Positions 20,008 to 30,530 of a stretch of DNA of 64,000 bases are shown in pieces. The notes below the pieces were generated by a model. The model was not told the DNA's origin and made no database searches. It saw only the letters and a program-made list of their open reading frames with translations. This stretch comes from Dysgonomonas sp. Lineage in GTDB: Bacteria > Bacteroidota > Bacteroidia > Bacteroidales > Dysgonomonadaceae. Made by a program: the position numbers and the translations under genes. Location: assembly GCA_047974325.1 (NCBI GenBank), contig JBKECE010000237.1, forward strand, positions 2,323-66,322, written 5' to 3'. Position 1 is the stretch's first letter. Each line of letters begins with the position of its first letter.

Positions 20008-21951
20008 ATGAACAAAAAAACACTTTTTTTATGTGTGTTGCTTTTTCTTTGCAATATGCATATTATGAAGGCAGAAGTAAAACTTCCACACATTTTTTCT
20101 GACAACATGGTCATCCAGCGCGACAAAGCAATAAAAATCTGGGGTTGGGCAGATAAAAAAGAAAACGTAGAACTATCTTTCAACGGACAGAAATTGAAAA
20201 CGAAAGCCGATGCTAACGGTAAATGGAACATCATGCTCAAATCAATGGCTTATGGTGGACCTTACGACCTCACTGTGAAGGGGAAAAAGAATACAATTGT
20301 GTTGGGCAATATCCTAATTGGTGATGTTTGGCTTGCCAGTGGGCAATCGAATATGGAATTTAAGGTGAAAAATGCGAATAATGCAACCTCTGAAATTGCT
20401 GAAAGTAATTATCCCCAAATCAGGTCGTTTAATGTGGTGAAAACAATTCAGATGACCCCGCAGTCGGATCTTGACGGTCAATGGACAGTTTGTTCACCTT
20501 CGACAGTTGGTGACTATTCAGCTGTAGCCTATTTCTTTGCACGCAAATTATATCAGGAAACCAAAATACCTATCGGCATCATACATTCATCGTGGGGAGG
20601 AACGGACATAGAGACATGGACAAGTCCCGAAGCCTTTGCTGCATTGCCAACATTATTCAATGAGCGATATGCAGATAACGTAAAGGTTGATAATCCCGAA
20701 GCCTTTATGAAGGAAAATGAAAAGAAGAAAAACGATTTTCTGCGAACTTTGAAGAATGATCCGGCATTGAAACAAGAATGGTTTAAACCTTCGACAAATA
20801 TTACTGATTGGAGTTCGTTCAAATCGCCCGGTCTCTGGTCCGGTAATTTAGCACAGATAGATGGAATTCTTTGGCAACGGATCGATGTTGTGTTGCCGGA
20901 TGATGTTGCCGGAAAATCGGGAAGAATAGAATTAGGAGCGATTGATGACAATGATATCACTTGGATCAATGGTATTAAAGTCGGAGAAACCGTTGGATAT
21001 AATGTTTCGAGAAGTTATGATGTACCCGCAAATGTGCTTAAAGCAGGAAAAAACACGATAGTTGTGCGTGTTGAAGATACCGGTGGCGGTGGTGGATTGA
21101 CCAGCACTGACGAAAATGTCTTTATCTCAGTAGATGGTAAAAAGTATTCGTTGTCAGGTAATTGGAGGTATAAGATCTCTGTTTCTAATGAGCTTTCAGG
21201 ATATGTGAATTTTTCACCAAATTACAGTCCGTCTTTGCTCTATAACGGCATGATCAATCCGATTATACCGTATATCATCAAAGGAGCGATTTGGTATCAG
21301 GGTGAAAACAATGCTCTTGCTGCATATAATTATAGAACGTTGTTTCCCAATCTGGTCAAAGACTGGCGGACGAAATGGGGATATGAATTTCCATTCTATT
21401 GGGTGCAGTTGGCTAATTTTATGAAAATGGATAAAGAACCTGTTGAAAGCAATTGGGCAGAACTTCGTGAAGCGCAGACCATGACACTCGTGCTACCAAA
21501 AACGGGTCAGGCTGTTACAATAGACATCGGTGACGCTGATGATATACATCCCCGCAACAAACAGGACGTGGGATTGCGTTTGGCTCTGAATGCACTTCAC
21601 AATGACTATGGAGCTGCAAATTTGGTTTATAGTAGTCCGACTTATAAGTCTGTGGAGTTCAGAGATGGCAGGGCTGTGGTTTCGTTCAATAATATAGGAT
21701 CAGGTTTGAAGGTGCATAACAATTATGGTTATGTACAAGGATTTAGTATTGCCGGAGCCGACAAAAAATTTGTTTGGGCAAAAGCATATATAGATGGTGA
21801 TAAAGTGGTTGTTTCGAGCGATAGAGTTCCCTCTCCGGTTGCTGTGCGCTACGATTGGGCAAATAATCCGGATGGAAATTTATTCAATGAAGAAGGTTTA
21901 CCTGTTTGTCCTTTCCGTTCCGATTCGTGGAAAGGCATCACAGAGCGGTGA
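20008..21951 (+). CDS. Sialate O-acetylesterase-like (SASA/SGNH-related) carbohydrate esterase with inserted galactose-binding-like domain
   Basis: Signal peptide MNKKTLFLCVLLFLCNMHIMKA, then LPHIFSDNMVIQRD...GDVWLASGQSNME...IGIIHSSWGGT...GAIWYQGENN, the typical 9-O-acetylesterase pattern. The ATG at 20008 is preferred over the TTG at 19921. Confidence 0.85.
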   Translation: MNKKTLFLCVLLFLCNMHIMKAEVKLPHIFSDNMVIQRDKAIKIWGWADKKENVELSFNGQKLKTKADANGKWNIMLKSMAYGGPYDLTVKGKKNTIVLGNILIGDVWLASGQSNMEFKVKNANNATSEIAESNYPQIRSFNVVKTIQMTPQSDLDGQWTVCSPSTVGDYSAVAYFFARKLYQETKIPIGIIHSSWGGTDIETWTSPEAFAALPTLFNERYADNVKVDNPEAFMKENEKKKNDFLRTLKNDPALKQEWFKPSTNITDWSSFKSPGLWSGNLAQIDGILWQRIDVVLPDDVAGKSGRIELGAIDDNDITWINGIKVGETVGYNVSRSYDVPANVLKAGKNTIVVRVEDTGGGGGLTSTDENVFISVDGKKYSLSGNWRYKISVSNELSGYVNFSPNYSPSLLYNGMINPIIPYIIKGAIWYQGENNALAAYNYRTLFPNLVKDWRTKWGYEFPFYWVQLANFMKMDKEPVESNWAELREAQTMTLVLPKTGQAVTIDIGDADDIHPRNKQDVGLRLALNALHNDYGAANLVYSSPTYKSVEFRDGRAVVSFNNIGSGLKVHNNYGYVQGFSIAGADKKFVWAKAYIDGDKVVVSSDRVPSPVAVRYDWANNPDGNLFNEEGLPVCPFRSDSWKGITER

Positions 21952-21974
21952 AATTACTTTTGATGGTAGAAAAA

Positions 21975-22014
21975 AAAAATACAGCAGTAAGATTTTTCTT
22001 ACTGCTGTATTTTT
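21975..22014. terminator. Bidirectional terminator between convergent esterase and ychF
   Basis: Stem atacagcagtaag / cttactgctgtat, flanked by an A run upstream and a T run downstream. Confidence 0.7.
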
Positions 22015-22028
22015 GAATATTATCGATA

Positions 22029-23135
22029 TTATACGTTGAATCGGAAGTGCATGATGTCTCCGTCTTGCACTATATATTCCTTACCTTCCACATTCATTTT
22101 TCCTGCTTCTTTGCAGGCCGATTCTGATCCTAATGAGATGAAGTCATCATATTTGATCACTTCTGCACGGATAAAACCTTTTTCAAAGTCGGTGTGAATG
22201 ACCCCTGCACACTGTGGAGCTTTTGCTCCTGCCGGAAATGTCCATGCACGCACTTCCTGCACGCCTGCCGTGAAATATGTGTGCAGGCCTAAAAGATGAT
22301 AGGCTGCTTTGATGAGACGGGCAACACCCGACTCTTCAAGTCCAATTTCTGACAGAAACATTTCGCGTTCGTCGTAAGACTCAAATTCGGCGATTTCGGA
22401 CTCTATTTTTGCAGCAACAATCAAAATCTCGGCATCTTCTCCCTCGATAGATTTGCGTACTTGTTCTACGTATCCATTGCCTTTCACGGCGCTTGCTTCA
22501 TCTACATTGCAAACATAAAGAACTGGCTTGTATGTGAGCAAATAAAGCTCTTTGGCTATCTTCTGATCTTCTTTGCTATCTTCAAATTTCACCGTACGAG
22601 CCGATTTTCCTTGTTCCAAGGCAGCTTTGAATTGCAACAGAACTTCATAGGCTCGTTTTGCATCCTTGTCTCCTCCTGTTTTGGCTTGTTTCTCTACTTT
22701 TTGGATGCGTGAAGTCACTGTTTCCAGATCTTTCAATTGCAATTCGATGTCAATAATTTCCTTGTCACGAATGGGATTCACACTTCCATCAACGTGGGTG
22801 ATATTGTCATCGTCAAAGCAACGCAGCACATGGATTATGGCATCAGTTTCACGGATATTGGCAAGAAACTTATTGCCTAATCCTTCGCCTTTGCTCGCGC
22901 CTTTTACCAATCCGGCAATATCTACTATCTCTACGGTGGTAGGTACAATGCGTTGAGGTTTCACCAACTCTGCCAGCTTGTTGAGCCGTTCGTCCGGAAC
23001 GGTTATTACTCCAACATTTGGTTCTATTGTGCAAAAAGGAAAGTTAGCCGATTGGGCTTTTGCATTTGATAAGCAATTGAAAAGAGTTGATTTTCCGACA
23101 TTCGGAAGCCCAACAATACCACACTGTAAAGCCAT
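22029..23135 (-). CDS. ychF: Ribosome-binding ATPase YchF
   Basis: [15 protein letters not shown], the TGS-like C-terminus ...[25 protein letters not shown], and a 368 aa length. Confidence 0.97.
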   Translation of the reverse strand: MALQCGIVGLPNVGKSTLFNCLSNAKAQSANFPFCTIEPNVGVITVPDERLNKLAELVKPQRIVPTTVEIVDIAGLVKGASKGEGLGNKFLANIRETDAIIHVLRCFDDDNITHVDGSVNPIRDKEIIDIELQLKDLETVTSRIQKVEKQAKTGGDKDAKRAYEVLLQFKAALEQGKSARTVKFEDSKEDQKIAKELYLLTYKPVLYVCNVDEASAVKGNGYVEQVRKSIEGEDAEILIVAAKIESEIAEFESYDEREMFLSEIGLEESGVARLIKAAYHLLGLHTYFTAGVQEVRAWTFPAGAKAPQCAGVIHTDFEKGFIRAEVIKYDDFISLGSESACKEAGKMNVEGKEYIVQDGDIMHFRFNV

Positions 23136-23544
23136 TATTTTATTTTAATTTGTTCGTTATCAATAAAATGATTAAAGCAAGAAACTCAACAGGTAACAAA
23201 CAGATGACAAAATCAGAATGCACAATCTGTTGATGCTGATTTTCAAGCATGCAAAGGTAATGAAAAATCGCATAAACTGAACTATATGACCATCAGGTAA
23301 ACAGAGACACTATCCAATCTTTTATCGTAATAACTTTTGTTATGCTTCAATATGGGTATTCTTGATATTGGCCTCTTTGTGATTATACTGCTCTTTATTT
23401 ATAAAACAAGGATAACCGATACTCTCAGTGAACTGTGGCGAAAAATGTATTTATTCACAAAATATCACCTCTAAATCTTATTCTGTAGTGTTTTAGAACT
23501 GGATTTTTGCTCTGTGATATATTATTATCGGTGTTAAAATGTCG

Positions 23545-23552
23545 TATATTTG
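23545..23552 (+). promoter_or_regulatory. Candidate -7 box (TATATTTG) for the LRR surface-protein gene
   Basis: Exact TAnnTTTG match ~97 nt upstream of the ATG at 23649, inside a 513-bp AT-rich intergenic region. No -33 TTTG at the proper spacing. Confidence 0.3.
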
Positions 23553-23648
23553 CCATTGTATTTGCTGTTTTAATGCATATTTCGTTTTTTAACCTACCAA
23601 TTAGATATTAATTTACATATTTGAGTTATTAACTAAATTTCAAATTTT

Positions 23649-26600
23649 ATGACTAGAAAATTTCTACTATTATTCATTAGTTTGGCTCTTTGCCTCCTAG
23701 GCAAGGCTGATCCGATTAATGTAAGTGTTTCTACTCCCGGAGGACTGAAAGAGGTCTTGGAGGCAGGGTACACCTTAGCAAATATCGAAGATCTGACTGT
23801 GACAGGTACGATTGATGCCCGAGACTTTGCTACCTTGAGAACCTTGGCTAAGTTGAAAAAGTTGGATATTAGTGGTGTCACTATCGCTGCTTTTACCGGA
23901 ACAGGGGGTACATCTCCACTTACAACTTCCGTGTCCTATGCAGCGAATGCGATTCCTTTGAATGGTCTTTACACAATGCAAGGTCTTAGTGCTGTGGGAT
24001 TGGATAGTTTGAAATCTGTTAAATTACCCACTACTATCGTTTCAATTGGATCCAATGCTTTTTCTTTGGCAAAATCATTGGAATCTGTAGATTTTGGAGT
24101 TTCTTCTCAACTCGACACTATCGGAACCAATGCGTTTATGAGTTGTGCTAGTCTTACAACATTATCTTTACCTGCCGGAGTTAGATCTCTGAGTACAGGT
24201 ACATTTACTAACTGTACGGGACTAACATCTATCACAATACCTGACGGAGTTACAGTTTTGCCAGGTTCTTTGTTCTATGGTTGTACAAATTTAAGTTCTG
24301 TGTCGTTTTCAGCTACTTCAAATTTAACAACTATATCCAATGGCGCTTTTTCAAGTCTGGATAAATTAAAAAAAGTGACCATACCGAAAACGGTAACGTC
24401 TGTTGGAGCAACTGCGTTTTCTAAGTTTTACGGAGATTCGATCTTGGTAGAAGCCGGAAACACTGTCTATGCAAGTATTGGTGGAGTTTTGGCAAAAGCT
24501 GCACTTGATACAATTGTTGTTGCTCCTGTTCATATCAAATCATTTACGATACCAGCTACTGTTACAGCTCTTGGAAGAGAGGCTTTCAGATATTGTGATT
24601 CGCTGAAAACCATATCCATTCCGTCTAGCGTGACATCATTGGGTCAGTATGCTCTTGCTAACTGTCCAAGTTTGACTAATATAACACTGGAAGGAACACC
24701 GTCTATTAGTAGTATCAGTGATTATGCTTTCTATCAATCGCCAATCACCAGTTTTACTATTCCTGCGGGCGTTACCAGCATTGGCAACTATGCTTTTTCT
24801 GGAACAGCTATTACTTCTATAACAATTCCTGCAACAGTTACCAGCTTGGGTACTTATCTCTTTGCATCTTGTAGCAATCTGGTTACGGCAAATCTTTCAG
24901 CTCTGAGCCTGACTGTTTTACCATCCAGAACATTTAATATATGTCCCAGCTTGACGTCAGTGAGTTTACCCGCGGGATTGACAACAATTTCGGATTATTC
25001 TCTTTATAGTTGTAAAGCCCTTAAGACAGTGACACTTCCTGCTACTGTTACAGCTATTGGCAATTATGCTTTTGCTTATTCCGGCTTTGAAACAATAAAC
25101 CTTCCGGAAGGATTACTCACTATCGGTAATTATACTTTTGATGATCTGCGATTAGGTTCAGTATCTATTCCTGCATCAGTTACTAGCATCGGAACCAGAG
25201 CATTTAATAGGGTGACAGGTCTGATTTCCGTGAGTACAAACAACCAAAATTATTCCAGTTTTGATGGAGCCTTGTATAATAAAGCTCAAACAACGTTGTT
25301 GGAGGCTCCAACAGCTCTTGTTGGCAGATATACAATACCAAAAACTGTAACATCTATAGATCAATATGCTTTTTATAACGATAGTTTATTGACTTCTGTA
25401 GAATTTCCGGCAGGACTAGCTGGCATTGGTAACAATGCATTCTGGAATTGTAATTTATTAAAGAAATTAGTTGTTAAAAACCCTACACCAATCGTGTTCA
25501 CAAGTGGAAATAGTCCATTTTATGGTCTGCCTACCACTCTTTCAGTTTTGGTTCCGGCCGCTTCAGTTGACGCCTACAAAGCTGCTTTGAAATGGAAAGA
25601 TTTTGCTTCTATCAAAGGAGAGGACTTGTTTTATGACTTGGGATGGGGATATCCAAACAGAGTTTCTCCTAATGGTCAATATGTCACAGGAAGTGGTGCT
25701 TTCTTATGGAAACTGGGCGATGAGGCTGTTACATATCCTGCAGGTGGTGCAGGTGGAGAGTCGGTGACAAACGATGGCTTTATTGTAGGAACCTTTGCTG
25801 ATTCAACTTATATGGTCAACGGTTCACCATTAGAAAATGGAGGAATATACAAAAACGGAAAATGGATTAGCTTAGGATTGGGCCGCTTTGGAACAACTAC
25901 AACTTCTTCAGAAGCCGGAAGCCGGCCAAGTGCCGTATCTGCCGATGGAAAAATGGTAGCAGGTATGTCTTACCAACTAGCTAGTTTCTCCAATGTTGTG
26001 CCATTTGTATGGAAAGAAGATGCTTCAGGTAAATTTTCAACAGATACACTGACTTACGTCTATCCCTACGGCGGACAAGGAGCTAGAATATGGGATGTGT
26101 CTGATGATGGTTCAATTGCTTGCGGATGGACCGTTTACCCTGAAACAAGTGGTGGTAGACGTGCTATTGTTTGGAAATCGCCAACAGAATATAAAATACT
26201 CGATTCTACATATTACTCAGAAGCTCGTGATGTGAGTCCTAACGGAAAATATGTTGCAACCAGTGCCGGAGGCAAGGCTGGTTTGTATGATGTTCAAAAA
26301 GACACATTAATTCTCTTTGGACCTTCTGGTGCGAGCCCTACAGGAGTTTCAAACGACGGATTGGTAGTTGGCTACAGACCTTCTACAACAGGACGTAAAG
26401 GTTTTGTATGGTCTGAAAAATTAGGTTATGTTGAACTTAAGGATTTTATAGATACTTATGCTGCTGATGTGGAACTTCCTGAATTTTTTCAATTCACTAA
26501 TGATGAGGATGAAGAATTCTTTGACGTACCTATGCACATTTCAGGTGATGGCAAAGTGATTGTCGGATGGAGAGGCCAATCGGCAGTCTATCGTAAGGCA

Positions 26601-28430
26601 TGGGTTTTGAGTTTGGCAAAACAGCTAGATTTGATGAACAGACCTTTAGGCCTGACTGCAGCAGTGCCGGCAGAAACCAGAAATACGGTTAATCTGGCTT
26701 GGTCAGCACCTGAAGTGCCAAGCGGACATACATTGGATTTCTATAAGGTATATCGTGATGGTGTTGCTATTGCTACAATTGATGCGGATCAACCGACATA
26801 CACCGACTCCAATGTTCCATCTGGTTATCCTATATATGCAATTGCTGCAATATATGATCTTACAAGTACTTCTTCAGTTGAATCTCCTAAATCAGATAAT
26901 GTAACAGTTACTGTTGTAGATTCTTATCAATTGCCATTTGCAGAAGGTTTTGATACAGGTACTTTCGATACTAACTATTGGGCGTCTTCTCTAGGTTCTA
27001 ACAATGGTTGGTTGTGCTACACAGGTGCAGGATATAACAATCCATTAGGATATGCAGCCACCTTTATTACTACAGGTAATCAGGAAAAATATTTGAGAGC
27101 ATTGACCTCTAAACCTCTGGATGCCCGTGGACAAAATAAAGTGACAGCCTCATTCTTATATCAAATTGAACCGTTGAGTACTTTGGTTGGAGTGAAAGAT
27201 ACTGTCTATTTTGAAGTCAGCAATGATGCTGAAGGAACTTCATGGACAACTGTGAAACCATACGTATTGAATGCTGCTATAGCTTGGACTCCTCAAACTA
27301 TTGACCTGACAGATTTGGTTAAGAACAAGATTTTCAGAACACGGTTTAGAGCAGCTTCCGGAGCTAACAGAACATACATTGTTTATTATTTGGATGAGTT
27401 CTCAATATCTATAGCTTCAGTGGAAACACCTAAGGAAGTGACTGCTGTTAAGAATGCAGATAATAGTCTTGTAAATGTAACATGGCAAGATCCATCCGGT
27501 TCTTATGGTTTAACATATGCCCGGTCAGAACAGGTTTATACTATTGGAAATGAGGGTGTACCTTTCATTGCAGCCAATAAATTCACTTCAACTGAACTTG
27601 CCAAGTATAAGGACAAGTATCTTACATCTATTTCTACTTATGTCTATGGAAAAAGTGCTAATGCTAATGTAGACACTAAGCTCAAACTGGCTGTCTTTGT
27701 TGGAGGAACCAGAGTAGTGACTCAAAATGTGGCTAGCTTCACAGAAAATGCATGGAACACATTTAAGCTGGATACTCCAGTGGCAATTCCTGCATCGGGA
27801 GATCTTACTTTTGGTATTGAAGTTGCTAACCATGATGTTATCTCTTATCCGATGATGACCGATAGCGGAACTGGCGTAGAAGGATTCGGCGACCTCTTCA
27901 CCGAAGACAATGGCGTAACATGGCAAACCCTTACATCATGGAACTATCCTTATAACTGGTCTATCATTGGTAACGTAAGAGCCTCGGCTACTACCTCCTC
28001 AGAAAGAACAAATGATATCATTGGTTATGAATTGTACAGAGATGGTGTAAAAATCAATTCAAGTTTGCAATACGGACAAGCATTTGTAGACAGTACATTA
28101 ACAGCCACTCAGACTGCTTGCTATTCCGTGAAGGCATTCTATCGTGTAGGTGGAATCTCTGATCTGTCTGCAGCAGGATGTGTAGTGCTTTCAGGCATAG
28201 ATAATTCTGATCTGTCAAATGTTTCGGTTTATCCAAATCCTGCAACAGAATATATCTATATCAATGGAGAATTCACAGATGCAGCATTGTTTGATATGAA
28301 TGGACGGAAAGTGATCGAAACTGCAATCAGTCCGATTACCGTATCTTCTCTTCCTGCCGGAGTGTATACAATTAAGATTGTGACCAAAGACGGCATCAAG
28401 ATAGGTAAGAAAGTTATCGTCAAAAAATGA
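23649..28430 (+). CDS. Giant T9SS-secreted surface protein: BspA-type leucine-rich repeats + HAF-type extracellular repeats + FN3/MAM-like beta-sandwich modules + C-terminal sorting domain
   Basis: Signal peptide MTRKFLLLFISLALCLLGKA. About 25 repeats follow of the type IP.sVTsIG.yAF..C.sLtsi.lp (BspA/LRR_5 type). Next come repeats with VSPNGQYVTGS, VSADGKMVAGM, VSDDGSIACGW, VSPNGKYVATS, VSNDGLVVGY and ISGDGKVIVGW (HAF-family pattern). FN3-like segments follow. The final ~70 aa, VSVYPNPATEYIYINGEF...LPAGVYTIKIVTKDGIKIGKKVIVKK, are a T9SS CTD. Confidence 0.85.
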   Translation: MTRKFLLLFISLALCLLGKADPINVSVSTPGGLKEVLEAGYTLANIEDLTVTGTIDARDFATLRTLAKLKKLDISGVTIAAFTGTGGTSPLTTSVSYAANAIPLNGLYTMQGLSAVGLDSLKSVKLPTTIVSIGSNAFSLAKSLESVDFGVSSQLDTIGTNAFMSCASLTTLSLPAGVRSLSTGTFTNCTGLTSITIPDGVTVLPGSLFYGCTNLSSVSFSATSNLTTISNGAFSSLDKLKKVTIPKTVTSVGATAFSKFYGDSILVEAGNTVYASIGGVLAKAALDTIVVAPVHIKSFTIPATVTALGREAFRYCDSLKTISIPSSVTSLGQYALANCPSLTNITLEGTPSISSISDYAFYQSPITSFTIPAGVTSIGNYAFSGTAITSITIPATVTSLGTYLFASCSNLVTANLSALSLTVLPSRTFNICPSLTSVSLPAGLTTISDYSLYSCKALKTVTLPATVTAIGNYAFAYSGFETINLPEGLLTIGNYTFDDLRLGSVSIPASVTSIGTRAFNRVTGLISVSTNNQNYSSFDGALYNKAQTTLLEAPTALVGRYTIPKTVTSIDQYAFYNDSLLTSVEFPAGLAGIGNNAFWNCNLLKKLVVKNPTPIVFTSGNSPFYGLPTTLSVLVPAASVDAYKAALKWKDFASIKGEDLFYDLGWGYPNRVSPNGQYVTGSGAFLWKLGDEAVTYPAGGAGGESVTNDGFIVGTFADSTYMVNGSPLENGGIYKNGKWISLGLGRFGTTTTSSEAGSRPSAVSADGKMVAGMSYQLASFSNVVPFVWKEDASGKFSTDTLTYVYPYGGQGARIWDVSDDGSIACGWTVYPETSGGRRAIVWKSPTEYKILDSTYYSEARDVSPNGKYVATSAGGKAGLYDVQKDTLILFGPSGASPTGVSNDGLVVGYRPSTTGRKGFVWSEKLGYVELKDFIDTYAADVELPEFFQFTNDEDEEFFDVPMHISGDGKVIVGWRGQSAVYRKAWVLSLAKQLDLMNRPLGLTAAVPAETRNTVNLAWSAPEVPSGHTLDFYKVYRDGVAIATIDADQPTYTDSNVPSGYPIYAIAAIYDLTSTSSVESPKSDNVTVTVVDSYQLPFAEGFDTGTFDTNYWASSLGSNNGWLCYTGAGYNNPLGYAATFITTGNQEKYLRALTSKPLDARGQNKVTASFLYQIEPLSTLVGVKDTVYFEVSNDAEGTSWTTVKPYVLNAAIAWTPQTIDLTDLVKNKIFRTRFRAASGANRTYIVYYLDEFSISIASVETPKEVTAVKNADNSLVNVTWQDPSGSYGLTYARSEQVYTIGNEGVPFIAANKFTSTELAKYKDKYLTSISTYVYGKSANANVDTKLKLAVFVGGTRVVTQNVASFTENAWNTFKLDTPVAIPASGDLTFGIEVANHDVISYPMMTDSGTGVEGFGDLFTEDNGVTWQTLTSWNYPYNWSIIGNVRASATTSSERTNDIIGYELYRDGVKINSSLQYGQAFVDSTLTATQTACYSVKAFYRVGGISDLSAAGCVVLSGIDNSDLSNVSVYPNPATEYIYINGEFTDAALFDMNGRKVIETAISPITVSSLPAGVYTIKIVTKDGIKIGKKVIVKK
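23766..25569 (+). repeat. Tandem in-gene BspA-type LRR coding repeats (~23-25 codons each)
   Basis: The consensus ...tsItIP.gVTsIG.yAF.gC.sLtsV.LP... recurs throughout residues ~40-640 of the 1593-aa protein. The repeats are diverged at the DNA level. Confidence 0.7.
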
Positions 28431-28494
28431 TAGATTGTTGTAGGCTTCAATATAATATGATTGAGGTTTTACAATAACATACATTAGTTTATTT

Positions 28495-28528
28495 CAGAGG
28501 GCAATAAGATTTTTCTTATTGCCCTCTG
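28495..28528. terminator. Bidirectional terminator hairpin between convergent LRR gene and esterase gene
   Basis: Perfect 14-bp stem cagagggcaataag / cttattgccctctg with loop attttt. Confidence 0.65.
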
Positions 28529-28669
28529 TCTATATAGAAAATAATTTTCTTTGAAGGTTATCGTAAAGCAAATTTCTTGCCGAAACGTCTCCTGTTCTAT
28601 TTGTGTATTATGGAACAGGCAGATGCATTTTAAGGTTTTCGATGTCAGAGAAATCATTTATTATCTCTT

Positions 28670-30307
28670 TTATTGATGACTGTGGTGCATCTCGTCTTGT
28701 GTTTCAATGGTCAACGTGTTAAGACTTTGTGCCAAATTAGCTAAAATTCCATCTTCAGTTGGGGCACTACCGTTTAATGGAGCATAGATTTCGAGACTCG
28801 ATTTCAACATTTTACCCTCATACAAAGCTTTGATTTCATCTGCATTCATTGCTGAGCGGTGGAAAAACAAATTGCTGAAGTCTATGGATTTTGGAGTATC
28901 TTCAAAACTGTTTAGGTGAAAACGGATTGGAATCAGACTTTCTCCGAAAGTTGTGTTTTTCACCAAAACTCCATCAACATACAGATAGGTTTGTCCTAAA
29001 GCATAGTGGTGCGACAGGCTCACCTGATGCCATTCGCCATCGTTGAAGGCGGTGCTTGATATCAATTTATTCAAAATCGAATGTGTTTCATATACCAATT
29101 TTCCTTCATCATTTATTCTCAATAGTGAAGTAGAATTGTTGCTATTCGTGAATGAGGCTATAATACCTGTAGATGTGCTTCTAAAAGCAAATGACAAAGT
29201 GAACGAATGCACCACATTTTCAGGTGTCCATGTAATTTGTTTGACTTTGTTATTTTTTTTCAAAGTAATTGATGTATTTTTCGATCGAACAGGCTGAGGT
29301 TTACCGAGTGTTAAGGCATCAAACAAAGATGGGACAAAGACATAGAACATTTCTGCATGTCCAATGGTGTTGGGATGTGCATTATCGGCTTCATACGTTT
29401 TCACCCATTTTCCGTTGCCATCATCAATAGATCCGAGAAGGTTGACACTTGGTATATCCCATTCGTGGATTAGCATATTGAGCTTTTTCACATATTCGTA
29501 GTCTGTGGCATTAAAATCGGCTCTTGGATAGTTATTGCCTATAACCGGAATTTTTCCCGCTTCTCTTGCTTTGTTGATGAGAATCTGCATATTGTCTCGA
29601 TAACTGTCAAAAGCAGCCTGTCCTTTTTCGTGGATTCCTTCATTGCCAAGTGACAATCCATAATATACATAACGGGTGCATTTTGTTAGCAGATCTGATT
29701 CCCAGCGGTTCAACACATCTGTCGTATTATTTCCGCCAATAGATATATTGACCGTATTCCATTCGTGTGCAGCACTTCGGGCAAGCCATTGAGCAAGTAG
29801 CTGAGCGTATCCTTTTCCCGTTTCGGCTCCTGTGCCACTAGGAACTGACGATCCCATTATGGCTAGTGAATATTCTCCTATGCCTTGGTTCGAGATTGTA
29901 ATTTCTTTTGATGCAGATACAGTGATTAAGTCGTTGAAAGTGATGGTTGCCGTAACTGTCACTGTTCCATTTTGTTTTGGACTGAGTTTTCCGGTATTGG
30001 AGATCTGAGCAATTTCTTCATTGTCTACACTCCATGTTGCAGCAGGATAGAATGAATTGACAGGTGTTGCAATGATGCTCATTTGAGAATTTTGACCGCA
30101 TGCGGTGATATTATTTCCAGTAACAGAAATTGAAGTGGTTCGCTCATGCAATTCAAGTTCTTCAACTTTCATTGCATTAGTGTTAGCTATATATGTTCCG
30201 TCGTCTTTGCCAAGGCCAAAGTACAATTTCTGGGTTAGAGTCTGCCCAAAAATTTGAAAACAAGAGCTGAAGAGCAAGAAAACAATGTATAAAGTTGTCT
30301 TTTTCAT
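28670..30307 (-). CDS. Secreted Big_2 - SGNH/GDSL hydrolase - LamG (concanavalin-like) multidomain esterase
   Basis: Signal peptide MKKTTLYIVFLLFSSCFQIFG. Ig-like group 2 motif ATWSVDNEEIAQISNTGKLSPKQNGTVTVTATI. SGNH blocks LAIMGSSVPSGTGA, SIGGNNTTD and DNAHPNTIGH. LamG-like C-terminus with DGEWHQVSLSHHYALGQTYLYVDGVLV. Confidence 0.8.
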   Translation of the reverse strand: MKKTTLYIVFLLFSSCFQIFGQTLTQKLYFGLGKDDGTYIANTNAMKVEELELHERTTSISVTGNNITACGQNSQMSIIATPVNSFYPAATWSVDNEEIAQISNTGKLSPKQNGTVTVTATITFNDLITVSASKEITISNQGIGEYSLAIMGSSVPSGTGAETGKGYAQLLAQWLARSAAHEWNTVNISIGGNNTTDVLNRWESDLLTKCTRYVYYGLSLGNEGIHEKGQAAFDSYRDNMQILINKAREAGKIPVIGNNYPRADFNATDYEYVKKLNMLIHEWDIPSVNLLGSIDDGNGKWVKTYEADNAHPNTIGHAEMFYVFVPSLFDALTLGKPQPVRSKNTSITLKKNNKVKQITWTPENVVHSFTLSFAFRSTSTGIIASFTNSNNSTSLLRINDEGKLVYETHSILNKLISSTAFNDGEWHQVSLSHHYALGQTYLYVDGVLVKNTTFGESLIPIRFHLNSFEDTPKSIDFSNLFFHRSAMNADEIKALYEGKMLKSSLEIYAPLNGSAPTEDGILANLAQSLNTLTIETQDEMHHSHQ

Positions 30308-30530
30308 GGTATTTAATATAAAAATTTATAGTAACTGAATACCAAAGAAAGCAGCAATAAATTTATTATAAAACATATGATTTTAGGGAATTCCTAGAAT
30401 GTCACGTAAATATACTAATTAGACTTAAAGTTGTACGATAAAGAGGTGATATATAAGTCTATATGTTTTCTTTAATATTCCATTACCATTTTTCTCGTCT
30501 GATTTTTAGATGTGCTTTCCTTCACGAAGA

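Noticed and set aside
23136-23648. Invertible (phase-variable) promoter or small RNA in the 513-bp region upstream of the LRR gene
   Set aside because: I found no pair of inverted repeats of 10 bp or more flanking a promoter-sized segment, and no recombinase gene nearby. Only short imperfect AT-rich matches are present. Small ORFs there, such as the 21-aa MIKARNSTGNKQMTKSECTIC, have no supporting features.
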